Below are positions 15,663-24,877 of a DNA stretch of 52,854 nucleotides, piece by piece. The stretch is from assembly GCA_023244935.1 (NCBI GenBank), contig JAHFLJ010000002.1:1-52854 (forward strand), read 5' to 3'. Position 1 is the stretch's first letter; every line of letters starts with the position of its first letter. Under the pieces are notes generated by a model. That model saw only the letters and a list, made by a program, of their open reading frames with translations. It was not told where the DNA came from and did not search any database. The translations under genes and the position numbers were made by a program. This stretch comes from Candidatus Liptonbacteria bacterium (GTDB lineage: Bacteria; Patescibacteriota; Minisyncoccia; UBA6257; 2-01-FULL-56-20).

Positions 15663-17020
15663 ATTTCGGGTTTATTGTGGGTGTTTTAATCAGCGGTTTT
15701 TTTGACTCATATTACAAAGTAATCTTTTGGCTGGCGTTTATGATATTTTTGTCAAGCGCTGTTTTTTTACGAAACTATTTATATTTATTTTCATTATTTT
15801 TTAGCGGGGTTTTTGTGGCTATTTTTTATTTCGGAATGCGAGAGGGGATTGTTCTAAACGGATATCCTAAGCTTACTGGTGGAGATTTTGAAGTGATGTC
15901 GGTTTCGGAAACTATTACGACCGATAAAAGTCGGAGAATTGTTGCCGAGCTTAGAGGCGAATATCGCGGAGAGGTTTTGGTTTTCTACCCGAGTGAGGAT
16001 ATTTTCAAATATGGAGATGTCCTGAAAGTTACGGGTGATTTTGAGTCGGCAGAAGTCAAAGGAGGTTCGCCGGTAATTTTTGCGGAAAGAATTGAATATG
16101 TCGGAAATGAAGGAAGTGAAATTAATAAGCTTTTGTTCGGGGTTAAAGATAAATTTGTTTCGGTTTTAACTAAAAATCTTAGTCCAAACGCCGGCGCGCT
16201 CGCTTCCGGACTTTTGTTCGGAGAGAAAGCCAAATTTAGTTCGGAATTTAAGGAGGCGATGAAGCGGAGCGGAACGACACACATTGTCGCTCTTTCCGGA
16301 TACAATATTTCAATTTTGGTTGGAGCTTTGGGTCTAGTCGTGGCCGTTTTTAGTAGGCGGATTAGAATTTTTTTGTATTTTTTTGTTATTATTATTTTTA
16401 CCCTAATGGTTGGGGGAGATCCGTCAATTGTTAGGGCAGCTATAATGGGCGGAGTTTTTTTACTTTCGAAGGAGTTGGGAAGAAACATTACTCCGGCTTA
16501 TGCTCTAAGTTTTGCCGGAGCGCTTATGTTGTGGTGGAATCCGTTGGTTATATATTCGATTGGATTTCAATTATCGTTTTTGAGCTTTATGGGAATAGTC
16601 TATATCGCGCCATCACTTACAAGTATCTTCAAACTGAAGGGCGGACTTATCTCAAAGCTCACCGTGGAAACCGCATCGGCGCAACTCGCAGTTTTGCCGT
16701 TAATTGTTAATTACTTCGGCGGGTTTTCGGTTGTATCGCTTATTTCAAATATTTTTATACTCGGAACAATTCCAATTTCAATGTTTTTTGCATTTCTGCT
16801 TTTGGTTTTTAATTTTATATTGCCGTTCCTTTCATTTTTCATAGTATGGATATGTGAGATTGTTTTGGGGTACCAGATATTTATAATTAATTTATTTTCA
16901 AAACTTTATACACCGTCGGGCAGTTACTTTAGAAACGGAATATTTACGGCAGTTTATGTAGTTTTACTTTTGGGGATTATAATATTTTATAAAGACGACA
17001 ATCCTAATGAAAACAAGTAA
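15635..17020 (+). CDS. comEC: ComEC/Rec2 competence channel domain protein (membrane part)
   Basis: 461 aa and polytopic. Motifs: FKEAMKRSGTTHIVALSGYNISIL and GGDPSIVRAAIMGG. There is no fused metallo-beta-lactamase domain. Confidence 0.8.
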   Translation: MAAQKFFFINFGFIVGVLISGFFDSYYKVIFWLAFMIFLSSAVFLRNYLYLFSLFFSGVFVAIFYFGMREGIVLNGYPKLTGGDFEVMSVSETITTDKSRRIVAELRGEYRGEVLVFYPSEDIFKYGDVLKVTGDFESAEVKGGSPVIFAERIEYVGNEGSEINKLLFGVKDKFVSVLTKNLSPNAGALASGLLFGEKAKFSSEFKEAMKRSGTTHIVALSGYNISILVGALGLVVAVFSRRIRIFLYFFVIIIFTLMVGGDPSIVRAAIMGGVFLLSKELGRNITPAYALSFAGALMLWWNPLVIYSIGFQLSFLSFMGIVYIAPSLTSIFKLKGGLISKLTVETASAQLAVLPLIVNYFGGFSVVSLISNIFILGTIPISMFFAFLLLVFNFILPFLSFFIVWICEIVLGYQIFIINLFSKLYTPSGSYFRNGIFTAVYVVLLLGIIIFYKDDNPNENK

Positions 17021-17864
17021 ATTGATTTCGTTTATTGCTATTCTTCTGGCGCTAAATATTTATTTGTGGGTTTTCGCGCTGGGCGAGAAATTGTCGATTA
17101 TTCCCGGATTTTATTTTCTCAATGTGGGGCAAGGGGACTCGGAGATGGTTGTTTTGCGGGGTGGGGCAACGATTCTTACCGACGCCGGACCGAACTATGA
17201 AGTAGTTTCGGAAATGCAGAAGATTTTGGGATTATCCGCGAATTACATTGATATTGGAATAATTACTCATGCTCAAGCCGATCACTTTGGCGGATATTTG
17301 GATTTAATCAAAAAATATTCGTTTGGAGCGGTGCTTTGGAATGGGGCGGAGCCAAGCGGTTCCGGTAGCTGGCAAAATTTGAAAGAAAAACTTGCGGAAT
17401 TAAATATTCCGCTGGTAGTTACGGGCGCGGGAACGATTATTTCACAGGGAGAAGATAATATTAAAATATTGTCGCCGGATTATAAATTTATCGAGGCGAA
17501 GGATTTGAACGATACCGGAATTGTGGAAAAAATTACCATAGGTGAAAGGACGGCGTTATTCACGGCAGACATCAGTAAAAAAGTGGAAACATATTTATTA
17601 CAAATATATAGCGAGGAGCTTAAAGCCGACATTCTAAAGGTTCCGCATCACGGATCGAAGACTTCGGCGGGGAGCGCGTTTATCTCGGCGGTAGATCCTT
17701 CGATTTCAGTGATAGAAGTCGGCCTTAAAAATAGATACGGCCATCCGACAGCGGAGGCGTTGGCATTACTTTCGTCAATATCGTCCAAGATTTTACGGAC
17801 TGACCTTGATGGGGGCTTGTTTTTACAGCCGGCGGATGGGGGATTTAAGGTTTTTACAGAATAG
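17007..17864 (+). CDS. ComEC-type metallo-beta-lactamase domain protein encoded as a separate ORF
   Basis: 285 aa. It has an N-terminal TM/signal. Motifs: FYFLNVGQGDSEMV, IITHAQADHFGG and KVPHHGSKTS. It overlaps comEC by 14 nt. Confidence 0.8.
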   Translation: MKTSKLISFIAILLALNIYLWVFALGEKLSIIPGFYFLNVGQGDSEMVVLRGGATILTDAGPNYEVVSEMQKILGLSANYIDIGIITHAQADHFGGYLDLIKKYSFGAVLWNGAEPSGSGSWQNLKEKLAELNIPLVVTGAGTIISQGEDNIKILSPDYKFIEAKDLNDTGIVEKITIGERTALFTADISKKVETYLLQIYSEELKADILKVPHHGSKTSAGSAFISAVDPSISVIEVGLKNRYGHPTAEALALLSSISSKILRTDLDGGLFLQPADGGFKVFTE

Positions 17865-17877
17865 AACCTAGAACATA

Positions 17878-17920
17878 GTCCCGACTTCGTCGAGGATCCT
17901 CGATTCCTACGGAATCGGGA
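17878..17920. repeat. REP-like unit, second family (GTCCCGAC..GTCGAGGATCCTCGAT)
   Basis: Sequence: gtcccgacttcgtcgaggatcctcgattcctacggaatcggga. Related copies lie at 23223..23250 and 37284..37366. Confidence 0.7.
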
Positions 17921-17998
17921 AAAATAGAATTTAGAATAGAAAGCGTGGGTATAATATAATTTCATAATAGGGTTGTTTGTTGTATAATTATCGGATAA

Positions 17999-19495
17999 AT
18001 GACTTTACTCATTAGAAACGTAAAGGTTCTTGGGGGTCTAAGGGAATATCCGGATTTCAGCGATATTTTTATTGTTGGGGATAAGATTTCGGCTATCGGA
18101 AGTTTTCCGCAAAAAAAGGCGGATGTTGTTTTTGACGGGCAAGGCGCGTATCTGACTCCCGGGTTTATAGATTTAGGCACAACCAGCGATCATTATTTGG
18201 ATATTTTGGAAGATCCGGCACAATCGCACTATTTGAAGCAGGGAGTAACGACCGCTATCGGCGGAAATTGCGGATTCTCGATGGCGCCACTTCTTTACGG
18301 ACGTTTAGACTCACTTAGAAAGTGGGGAGATGTCGGCCGAATAAACAGTAATTGGCGAACTACCAAGGAATTTTTAAACGGATTTAATAAATTTAAGCTA
18401 GGCGTTAATTTTGGAACGTTGACCGGACATATAACAGTTCGAGAGGATTTAATCGGAGCGACTCCTAGAGAACTTTCGGTAAATGAGCTAAATGTTTTTA
18501 AAAAGATTTTAAGAGATGCCATGCATGACGGAAGTTTTGGGGTTTCTTTCGGATTGGAATATAGCCATGGGAAGGTTGCGAGTTACCGAGAAATCAAAAA
18601 TCTAGCTACCGTTGCTTCCGAAGAAAAAGCACTGGTTGGAGTTCATTTACGAAGTCACTTGTCGGAAGAAGTTGAACAAGCACTTGAAGAAGCTTTAGGA
18701 TTACAGTCGGAATTAAAATCGGACCCGAATTTTTTGATTTATCATCTCGCTCCGTCCAAGCAACTTTCCAGACGGTATGGAAAAATTCTGGAACTTCTGG
18801 AAGAGGCGGGAAAAACCAGAAATGTTTATGCAAGTGTGCGACCGTATTCGGAAAACGTTATGCCGATATATTTTTTGTTGCCGGAATGGGCGCAGAGCGG
18901 TTCGGTTGAAGAGATGTATGGGCGAATGCAGGACGAGTGGTTCGCGGAACGGGTTAAAAAAGGAATTCGGGAAGTTGTGCCCGAAAAAATAAAAATACTT
19001 AAGGCCATTGGGGACAATTTGGTTGAAGGGAAAACTCTGAAAGAATTTATGGTAGCGAGGGAAATTGCCGATCCGTCAGAGGCGATATTTAAACTTATGA
19101 TGATGACTAGGCTCAGGGTTTCAATTGCCGATAATGAAATTAGCGAAGAGTTACTTACTAAGGTTATGGATAATCCGAGGTTTTTGATTTCTACTCATGC
19201 TCCGCAAAATTCCGAGTCATATTCATCCGCATTTACAAAATATTTATCCCGAGCGGAAAATCTCGGCCTTACCGAGCTCTCGGAAGCGGTCAGCAAAATT
19301 ACGTCGCTCCCGGCGAAGCTTTTGAATCTATCCGGTAGAGGAGTGGTGGCGGAAGGAAACTATGCCGATTTGACTATATATCGCAATGGAAGAGTTAAAG
19401 GAGTTATTTTGAACGGAAATATTGCTTTTAATGACGGTGAAATTGGAGAGAACTTTGGTCGACCACTATTTAGAAGTTTTCATGGCAGGAATTAA
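17999..19495 (+). CDS. amidohydrolase-superfamily protein, D-aminoacylase-like
   Basis: 498 aa. The N-terminal beta-sandwich LLIRNVKVL...DGQGAYLTPGFIDLG and the C-terminal ADLTIY...V..VILNG match the N-acyl-D-amino-acid deacylase layout. The usual HxH after GFID is replaced by LGTTSDH. Confidence 0.55.
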   Translation: MTLLIRNVKVLGGLREYPDFSDIFIVGDKISAIGSFPQKKADVVFDGQGAYLTPGFIDLGTTSDHYLDILEDPAQSHYLKQGVTTAIGGNCGFSMAPLLYGRLDSLRKWGDVGRINSNWRTTKEFLNGFNKFKLGVNFGTLTGHITVREDLIGATPRELSVNELNVFKKILRDAMHDGSFGVSFGLEYSHGKVASYREIKNLATVASEEKALVGVHLRSHLSEEVEQALEEALGLQSELKSDPNFLIYHLAPSKQLSRRYGKILELLEEAGKTRNVYASVRPYSENVMPIYFLLPEWAQSGSVEEMYGRMQDEWFAERVKKGIREVVPEKIKILKAIGDNLVEGKTLKEFMVAREIADPSEAIFKLMMMTRLRVSIADNEISEELLTKVMDNPRFLISTHAPQNSESYSSAFTKYLSRAENLGLTELSEAVSKITSLPAKLLNLSGRGVVAEGNYADLTIYRNGRVKGVILNGNIAFNDGEIGENFGRPLFRSFHGRN

Positions 19496-20606
19496 ATTAT
19501 CCGGCGCGAAGTCCGGCCATGCTCCCGATTTTTTTCTTATCGCGGTTCTGGTGGTCTTGATATTGCTGGGAATTTTGGTTCTGGCAAGCGCTTCGTCGGA
19601 TTTGGGCCGAATTAAATTCGGCGATAGTTTTTATTATTTAAAACACCAGTTATTTAACGGACTTTTACCCGGATTGATTGGGGTTTTGTTGGCTTATTTT
19701 GTTCCTTATCAAAAATACAAAAAAATTGCGCTTTTCGCTCTGATTTTTAATATACTTTTGTTGATTGCGGTTTTTGTTCCTTCTTTGGGATTGAAAACCG
19801 GTGGTTCCACCAGATGGTTAAATTTAGGATTTTTTAGTTTTCAGCCCGCGGAATTTTTGAAGATATTTTATATTGTTTACGTTGCTGCTTTGGTTAGCGG
19901 GACAAAGTTTACTTCTAAAATTGATTTTAAAAATAATTTCTTGCCGTTCTTTTTAGTGACCGGAATTCTTGCCGGTCTTTTGCTAATTCAACCGGCGACA
20001 AGCACGGTTGCTATTTTGGTAGCATCGGCGCTTGCGGTTTATTTTATGGGAGGCGTTCCATGGAAATATGTTATCGCGGTTATGGCAATCGGATTAGTTA
20101 TTGTCTCATTGTTAATATTGCCGAATGGCTATAGAAGAGATAGAATTTTCGGCTATTTAAATCCGGATTCCGGTAGTCAGAGTATAAATTATCATCGCAA
20201 TCAAGCGCTGATTGCTATTGGTTCCGGCGAGCTTACCGGAATGGGCTACGGGAAATCTATTGCCAAGATGAATTACTTACCGGAAGTTGTCGGAGACTCT
20301 ATTTTTGCGGTGTTGGCGCAAGAGCTTGGGTTTATCGGCGCGGGATTTGTGGTAATGCTTTTTGTTATGTTGATTGTGAAATTATTGTTAATTGCCAAAA
20401 ACACACGAGATAAGTTTGGTCGTTACATTCTGATTGGTTTTGCGGCGGTTATCGCTTGTCAGACATTTGTGAATATGGGGTCAATTTCCGGAATTCTGCC
20501 GATGACCGGAGTTCCTCTACCGTTTTTGAGCTACGGTGGCACGGCTTTGGCGATATTTATGACCATGGGAGGAATCGCGATAAATGTTTCTAAATATTCA
20601 GGTTAA
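19482..20606 (+). CDS. ftsW: SEDS-family peptidoglycan glycosyltransferase FtsW
   Basis: Motifs: QPAEFLKI, LPEVVGDSIFAVLAQELGFIG and GVPLPFLSYGGTA. It lies next to murG. The start was moved to ATG 19482 (MAGIKL...) because the ORF-track start at 19422 lies inside the previous gene. Confidence 0.85.
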   Translation: MAGIKLSGAKSGHAPDFFLIAVLVVLILLGILVLASASSDLGRIKFGDSFYYLKHQLFNGLLPGLIGVLLAYFVPYQKYKKIALFALIFNILLLIAVFVPSLGLKTGGSTRWLNLGFFSFQPAEFLKIFYIVYVAALVSGTKFTSKIDFKNNFLPFFLVTGILAGLLLIQPATSTVAILVASALAVYFMGGVPWKYVIAVMAIGLVIVSLLILPNGYRRDRIFGYLNPDSGSQSINYHRNQALIAIGSGELTGMGYGKSIAKMNYLPEVVGDSIFAVLAQELGFIGAGFVVMLFVMLIVKLLLIAKNTRDKFGRYILIGFAAVIACQTFVNMGSISGILPMTGVPLPFLSYGGTALAIFMTMGGIAINVSKYSG

Positions 20607-20624
20607 AAGATATAATATAAATAC

Positions 20625-21761
20625 ATGAAAAGAATTTTACTTGCGGGAGGAGGAACCGGCGGACATATTTATCCTTTGCTCGCGGTTGCCGAACAATTTA
20701 AAAGAGATTATTCGAGCGAAGAAGTTGAGCTACATTATATCGGGGACCCCGGAGCCTTTGAAGTTGAGTTTTTAGGTCTGGGGATAACGATTCATAAAGT
20801 TATGACCGGGAAAATTCGCCGATATTTTTCACCGCTTAATTTGATTGATATTCCAAAAACATTTATCGGACTACTTCAGTCTTTTGGAGTGGTTTATTGG
20901 CTAATGCCCGACGTTTTATTTTCTAAAGGTGGTCCCGGATCGGTCGGGGCGGTTATTGCAGGTTGGTTTCATAGAGTTCCTATTTTAATTCATGAGTCCG
21001 ATGCTGTTCCCGGACTTAGTAATCTAATCTCGGCGCGGTTCGCTAAAAAAATTGCGATAAGTTTTGAATCCGCGGCTAAATATTTTATTCCGCCGAAAGT
21101 AGTCCGCACCGGAAATCCCATTCGTCCGGGAATGCTTGCGCAGAAAATGGATAGTTCAAGCGCGAAAGAAACACTTGGATTTTCAAAGGAAACACCGTTA
21201 CTTCTAGTATTGGGCGGTTCTCAGGGTTCCCAAAGAATTAACGAATTTATAATTAAAATATTGAAGGAATTGGTTCCTCAAACTCAGATTTTACATCAAA
21301 CCGGTTTAAAGAATTTCGCGGAAGTTAAAAAATTGGCGGATGCATCATTTTTGGATATTGACGTAAAGTTGGAAATAAAAAACCGTTACCAGCCGATTGC
21401 ATATTTTGATGAGATTACAATGGCGAGGGCGCTTTCGGCGGCGGATTTGGTAATCGCGCGCGCGGGCAGCGGGACTATTTTTGAAATAGCTAATTTTTCC
21501 AAACCTTCAGTTTTAATTCCTTTGCCTTCAGCGGCCAATGATCACCAGAGAGAGAACGCATATGCATATTCTTCTGCCGGTGCAGGGATTGTGGTGGAAG
21601 AAAGTAATTTTTCGGCTCCGATTTTTGCGAATCAAATTTCTAAATTTCTAAGCAGTCCGGATTTAATGATTAGAGCCGGAGAGGCGGGGTTTAGGTTTGC
21701 TCGTCCGGATTCCGCCAAAATATTAGCGGAGGAAGTAATGAAACTTGCCGATAATAACTAA
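20625..21761 (+). CDS. murG: UDP-N-acetylglucosamine--lipid I N-acetylglucosamine transferase MurG
   Basis: 378 aa. Motifs: GGGTGGHIYPLLAV, HESDAVPGLSN, GGSQGS and ARAGSGTIFE. Confidence 0.9.
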   Translation: MKRILLAGGGTGGHIYPLLAVAEQFKRDYSSEEVELHYIGDPGAFEVEFLGLGITIHKVMTGKIRRYFSPLNLIDIPKTFIGLLQSFGVVYWLMPDVLFSKGGPGSVGAVIAGWFHRVPILIHESDAVPGLSNLISARFAKKIAISFESAAKYFIPPKVVRTGNPIRPGMLAQKMDSSSAKETLGFSKETPLLLVLGGSQGSQRINEFIIKILKELVPQTQILHQTGLKNFAEVKKLADASFLDIDVKLEIKNRYQPIAYFDEITMARALSAADLVIARAGSGTIFEIANFSKPSVLIPLPSAANDHQRENAYAYSSAGAGIVVEESNFSAPIFANQISKFLSSPDLMIRAGEAGFRFARPDSAKILAEEVMKLADNN

Positions 21762-21911
21762 TCACTAATAACTAATCACTTTTAACGATACTAATATATG
21801 AATAACACTAATAAAGCAGAATATGGAATTTGAAATATCAAATAGTGTATAATTATACTAAGAGATAGGCAGGAACTAATGACGGATAACTTATCACTTT
21901 TAACGATACTA

Positions 21912-23210
21912 ATGTATACCAATAAAAACTTATTCGATTGGTCATTCCCGCGAAGGCGGGAATCCAGAGAGTCATTCACCCTCATCGAACTCCTGGTAGT
22001 CCTCGCCCTAGTCGCGATTTTAAGCGTGGTTGTGGTGATGACTCTTAACCCGGCGGAACTTTTGAAACAAGCACGAGATTCAAATCGTCTTTCTGATCTC
22101 TCGACAATCAACACCGCGCTTAATCTGTTTTCTGCAGATGTCTCCACAGGATTTATGGGAACGTCAACTGTGGTTTATGTATCTATTCCATCAACGCTTT
22201 CGGATTGTTCAAACTTAGGACTCCCGACCTTGCCAGCGACATACACCTATAACTGTGTAACGACAGCCAATCTCCGCAACACAAACGGCACCGGATGGAT
22301 TCCGGTTAATTTCCAAAAGATATCTGCAAATTCACCTATTTCCCAATTACCGATTGATCCGATAAATACAACCTCCACCGGAAACTATTATACTTACGTA
22401 TCTGGAGGAAGTTGGGAATTAACTTCCAATATGGAATCGAGTAAGCAAAAATCAGTGACTGGAGCAACGGGAACTGATGGGGGAGTGTCATTGTCCAGTT
22501 ATGAATTTGGGAATAATCTAAGACTTATTCCTTCCGGATTATTAGAATGGAAAAGAGATTCTTCATTAGTTGGTTATTGGACTTTTGACGAAGGGAGCGG
22601 GACAACCGCATACGATTATAGCGGATATGGAAATAATGGAAGTTGGCACGGGAGCGGGAGTCATTGGGTATCTGGGAAATTCGGTGCTAGCGCAGCAAGC
22701 TTCAATGGGATGGATGATTATTATCTACTAAATGAAAAGTTTAGTTTCATACAAAAAACCGCAAATTTTACCATTTCCGTTTGGGCCAAATTTTATGACT
22801 ATACAATAGTTACCCAATATATTATGGGTAACAGTCCGGGCAATAATGAACAAGGATTTTTTCATGGCACAGTGACAGGAAAACTTAAAAGTATAGCATT
22901 CACCGCTTCAGGAGGAGGATATGTATTCGACTCAACAAGCAATCAATCTATGCCCGTAGATATTAACTGGCATAATATATTAATTACTGCAAACGGTACT
23001 TCAGCAAAATACTATATTGACGGAGTAGCTGATTCCGCGATCACCAACATAACCGCCTTTTCTAATGAACAAAGCACAAGGAATTTAACCATAGGTAAAA
23101 TAAATACTTACAATGGTGGTTTATTCAATGGAAATCTAGACGATGTACGTATTTATAATCGCGCTCTCTCCGCTGCGGAAATATCCGCATTATACAATTC
23201 AACAAAATAA
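21912..23210 (+). CDS. type IV pilin-like protein with a C-terminal LamG/concanavalin-type lectin domain
   Basis: It has the prepilin N-terminal signature FTLIELLVVLALVAILSVVVV. The C-terminal GNLDDVRIYNRALSAAEISALYN is the LamG-type hallmark. The start is ambiguous (ATG 21879 or 21912). Confidence 0.75.
   Translation: MYTNKNLFDWSFPRRRESRESFTLIELLVVLALVAILSVVVVMTLNPAELLKQARDSNRLSDLSTINTALNLFSADVSTGFMGTSTVVYVSIPSTLSDCSNLGLPTLPATYTYNCVTTANLRNTNGTGWIPVNFQKISANSPISQLPIDPINTTSTGNYYTYVSGGSWELTSNMESSKQKSVTGATGTDGGVSLSSYEFGNNLRLIPSGLLEWKRDSSLVGYWTFDEGSGTTAYDYSGYGNNGSWHGSGSHWVSGKFGASAASFNGMDDYYLLNEKFSFIQKTANFTISVWAKFYDYTIVTQYIMGNSPGNNEQGFFHGTVTGKLKSIAFTASGGGYVFDSTSNQSMPVDINWHNILITANGTSAKYYIDGVADSAITNITAFSNEQSTRNLTIGKINTYNGGLFNGNLDDVRIYNRALSAAEISALYNSTK
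21941..21965 (+). repeat. REP-like unit embedded in-frame in the pilin-like gene leader
   Basis: gtcattcccgcgaaggcgggaatcc is the reverse complement of the 7881..7907-type unit. It is translated here as SFPRRRESR immediately before the FTLIELL pilin helix. Confidence 0.75.
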
Positions 23211-23431
23211 TGCAGATATTCCGGTCCCGACTATGTCGAGGATACTCGATATTATAAAATTCGCTTCGCTCATATAATATCGGTAAAGTTTTGTCTCTTT
23301 ATAACGCAACCAAGTAGAAGAAATTGTGTATACCTCGCATTAAAATTGAAATACAATTTCTCTTTGCTTGGCAGGTAAAATAGACAATGGAGAGGCTTTG
23401 GAATTTGCTGTTTTTATGGTATAGTCAATCC

Positions 23432-24874
23432 ATGGCTAAAGAGCCGGAGAATAAGGAAATACGGGTCCGTTTTGCTCCGTCGCCGACGGGGCTTTTCCAC
23501 CTGGGAAGCGGGCGAACGGCTTTATTTAACTGGGTTCATGCCCGAAAGCATGGAGGTAAATTTATATTGAGAATTGAGGATACCGACAAGGAGCGCTCCA
23601 AGCTCGAGTTCGAACAGGGTATCTATGACGCTTTGCGATGGATGGGCTTGAATTGGGATGAAGGACCGGATATCGGCGGTGAGTTTGGTCCATACCGGCA
23701 GAGCGAAAGGACGCATATTTATCGTGAGTATTTGGAAAAACTAATTAAAACTAATTGGGCCTATTATTGTTACTGTAGCAAAGAAGAACTGGATGAAGAA
23801 CGCGAGGCGATGATTGCGCAAGGGTTACCGCCAAAATATAGCGGACATTGCAGTCATTTGACCGAGGCGCCCGTCGGAAAAACTCCACAACTTATTCGGT
23901 TTAGAACTCCGGACACGCGAGTTGAATTCAAAGACGTTATTCGAGGGACGGTTTCTTTTGATTCCTCATTATTTGGCGATCTTCCGATTGCGAAAGATTT
24001 GGACACTCCTTTGTATAATTTTGCGGTTGTCGTCGATGATGAACTGATGCATATTACTCACGTCATTCGCGGAGAAGATCATCTTTCAAATACTCCCAAA
24101 CAAATTTTATTTCAGAAAGCTCTTGGCTTTCGAGAAGTTGCGTATGCGCATTTGCCGTTAATTTTAGCGGCCGACAGAAGTAAGCTTTCCAAGCGCTATG
24201 CGGAGACGTCTTTGTTTGAATATAAAAAACAAGGCTATTTGCCGGAGGCGATGGTTAATTTTTTGATTCTCTTGGGTTGGCATCCGAAAGATGACAAGGA
24301 AATATTTACGTTGCCGGAATTGACCGAGGTTTTCGAGCTTTCACGAGTTCAAAAAGCCGGGGCGATTTTTAACGAAGAGAAGTTGCTTTGGATAAACGGT
24401 GAGCATATTAAAATTGCCGATCCGAAAATGATTTCAGAATTTTTAATAGAAAAAACCACGGAGCTTTACGGGAAAAAATTTGATTTTGATTTTGCCAAGA
24501 TTTTTGAACTTGGGAAGGGGAGAGCTAAGACGTTAAATGAGTTGGTGGATGTCTCCGGTTTCTTTTTCGATTTGCCGGAATATCCATGGGGACTGCTGAC
24601 CTGGAAAGATGAGACTTCGGAATCGATAAAAGAGAAACTTTTGCTTAGCAAAGAAGCCTTGCTTGCAATTCCGGATGAGCTTTGGAGTTACGAAAAGATT
24701 TCGGAAGTAATCAACTTGCTCGCCGAGCGTCATGGTAAAGGGCTAATATTTTCGCCTCTTAGGGTTGCGTTAACCGGGCTAAAAGCTTCTCCGGAGCCGA
24801 TTGCGGTCGCCGAGATACTTAAAAAAACCGAAGCCGTGAAAAGGATTGACCACGCCTTGAAGAAAATTCCTTAA
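23432..24874 (+). CDS. gltX: glutamyl-tRNA synthetase
   Basis: RFAPSPTGLFHLGSGRTALFNW is a HIGH-type motif and KLSKR is the KMSKS motif. The start was set at ATG 23432 (MAKEPENKEIRVRF); the ORF-track start at 23387 is also possible. Confidence 0.9.
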   Translation: MAKEPENKEIRVRFAPSPTGLFHLGSGRTALFNWVHARKHGGKFILRIEDTDKERSKLEFEQGIYDALRWMGLNWDEGPDIGGEFGPYRQSERTHIYREYLEKLIKTNWAYYCYCSKEELDEEREAMIAQGLPPKYSGHCSHLTEAPVGKTPQLIRFRTPDTRVEFKDVIRGTVSFDSSLFGDLPIAKDLDTPLYNFAVVVDDELMHITHVIRGEDHLSNTPKQILFQKALGFREVAYAHLPLILAADRSKLSKRYAETSLFEYKKQGYLPEAMVNFLILLGWHPKDDKEIFTLPELTEVFELSRVQKAGAIFNEEKLLWINGEHIKIADPKMISEFLIEKTTELYGKKFDFDFAKIFELGKGRAKTLNELVDVSGFFFDLPEYPWGLLTWKDETSESIKEKLLLSKEALLAIPDELWSYEKISEVINLLAERHGKGLIFSPLRVALTGLKASPEPIAVAEILKKTEAVKRIDHALKKIP

Positions 24875-24877
24875 ATA

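Noticed and set aside
21791-22147. 118-aa minus-strand ORF opposite the pilin-like gene start
   Set aside because: It spans the murG-pilin intergenic region and the REP unit and lies antisense to the recognisable prepilin helix. It has no motif or ribosome-binding-site support.
23290-23386. T-box or other riboswitch leader upstream of gltX
   Set aside because: There is only one imperfect hairpin (ccaag...agaaattgt...acaatttct...cttgg) in under 100 nt. It is far too short for a T-box, and no specifier or T-box consensus is visible. It is more likely the terminator or REP flank of the preceding gene.
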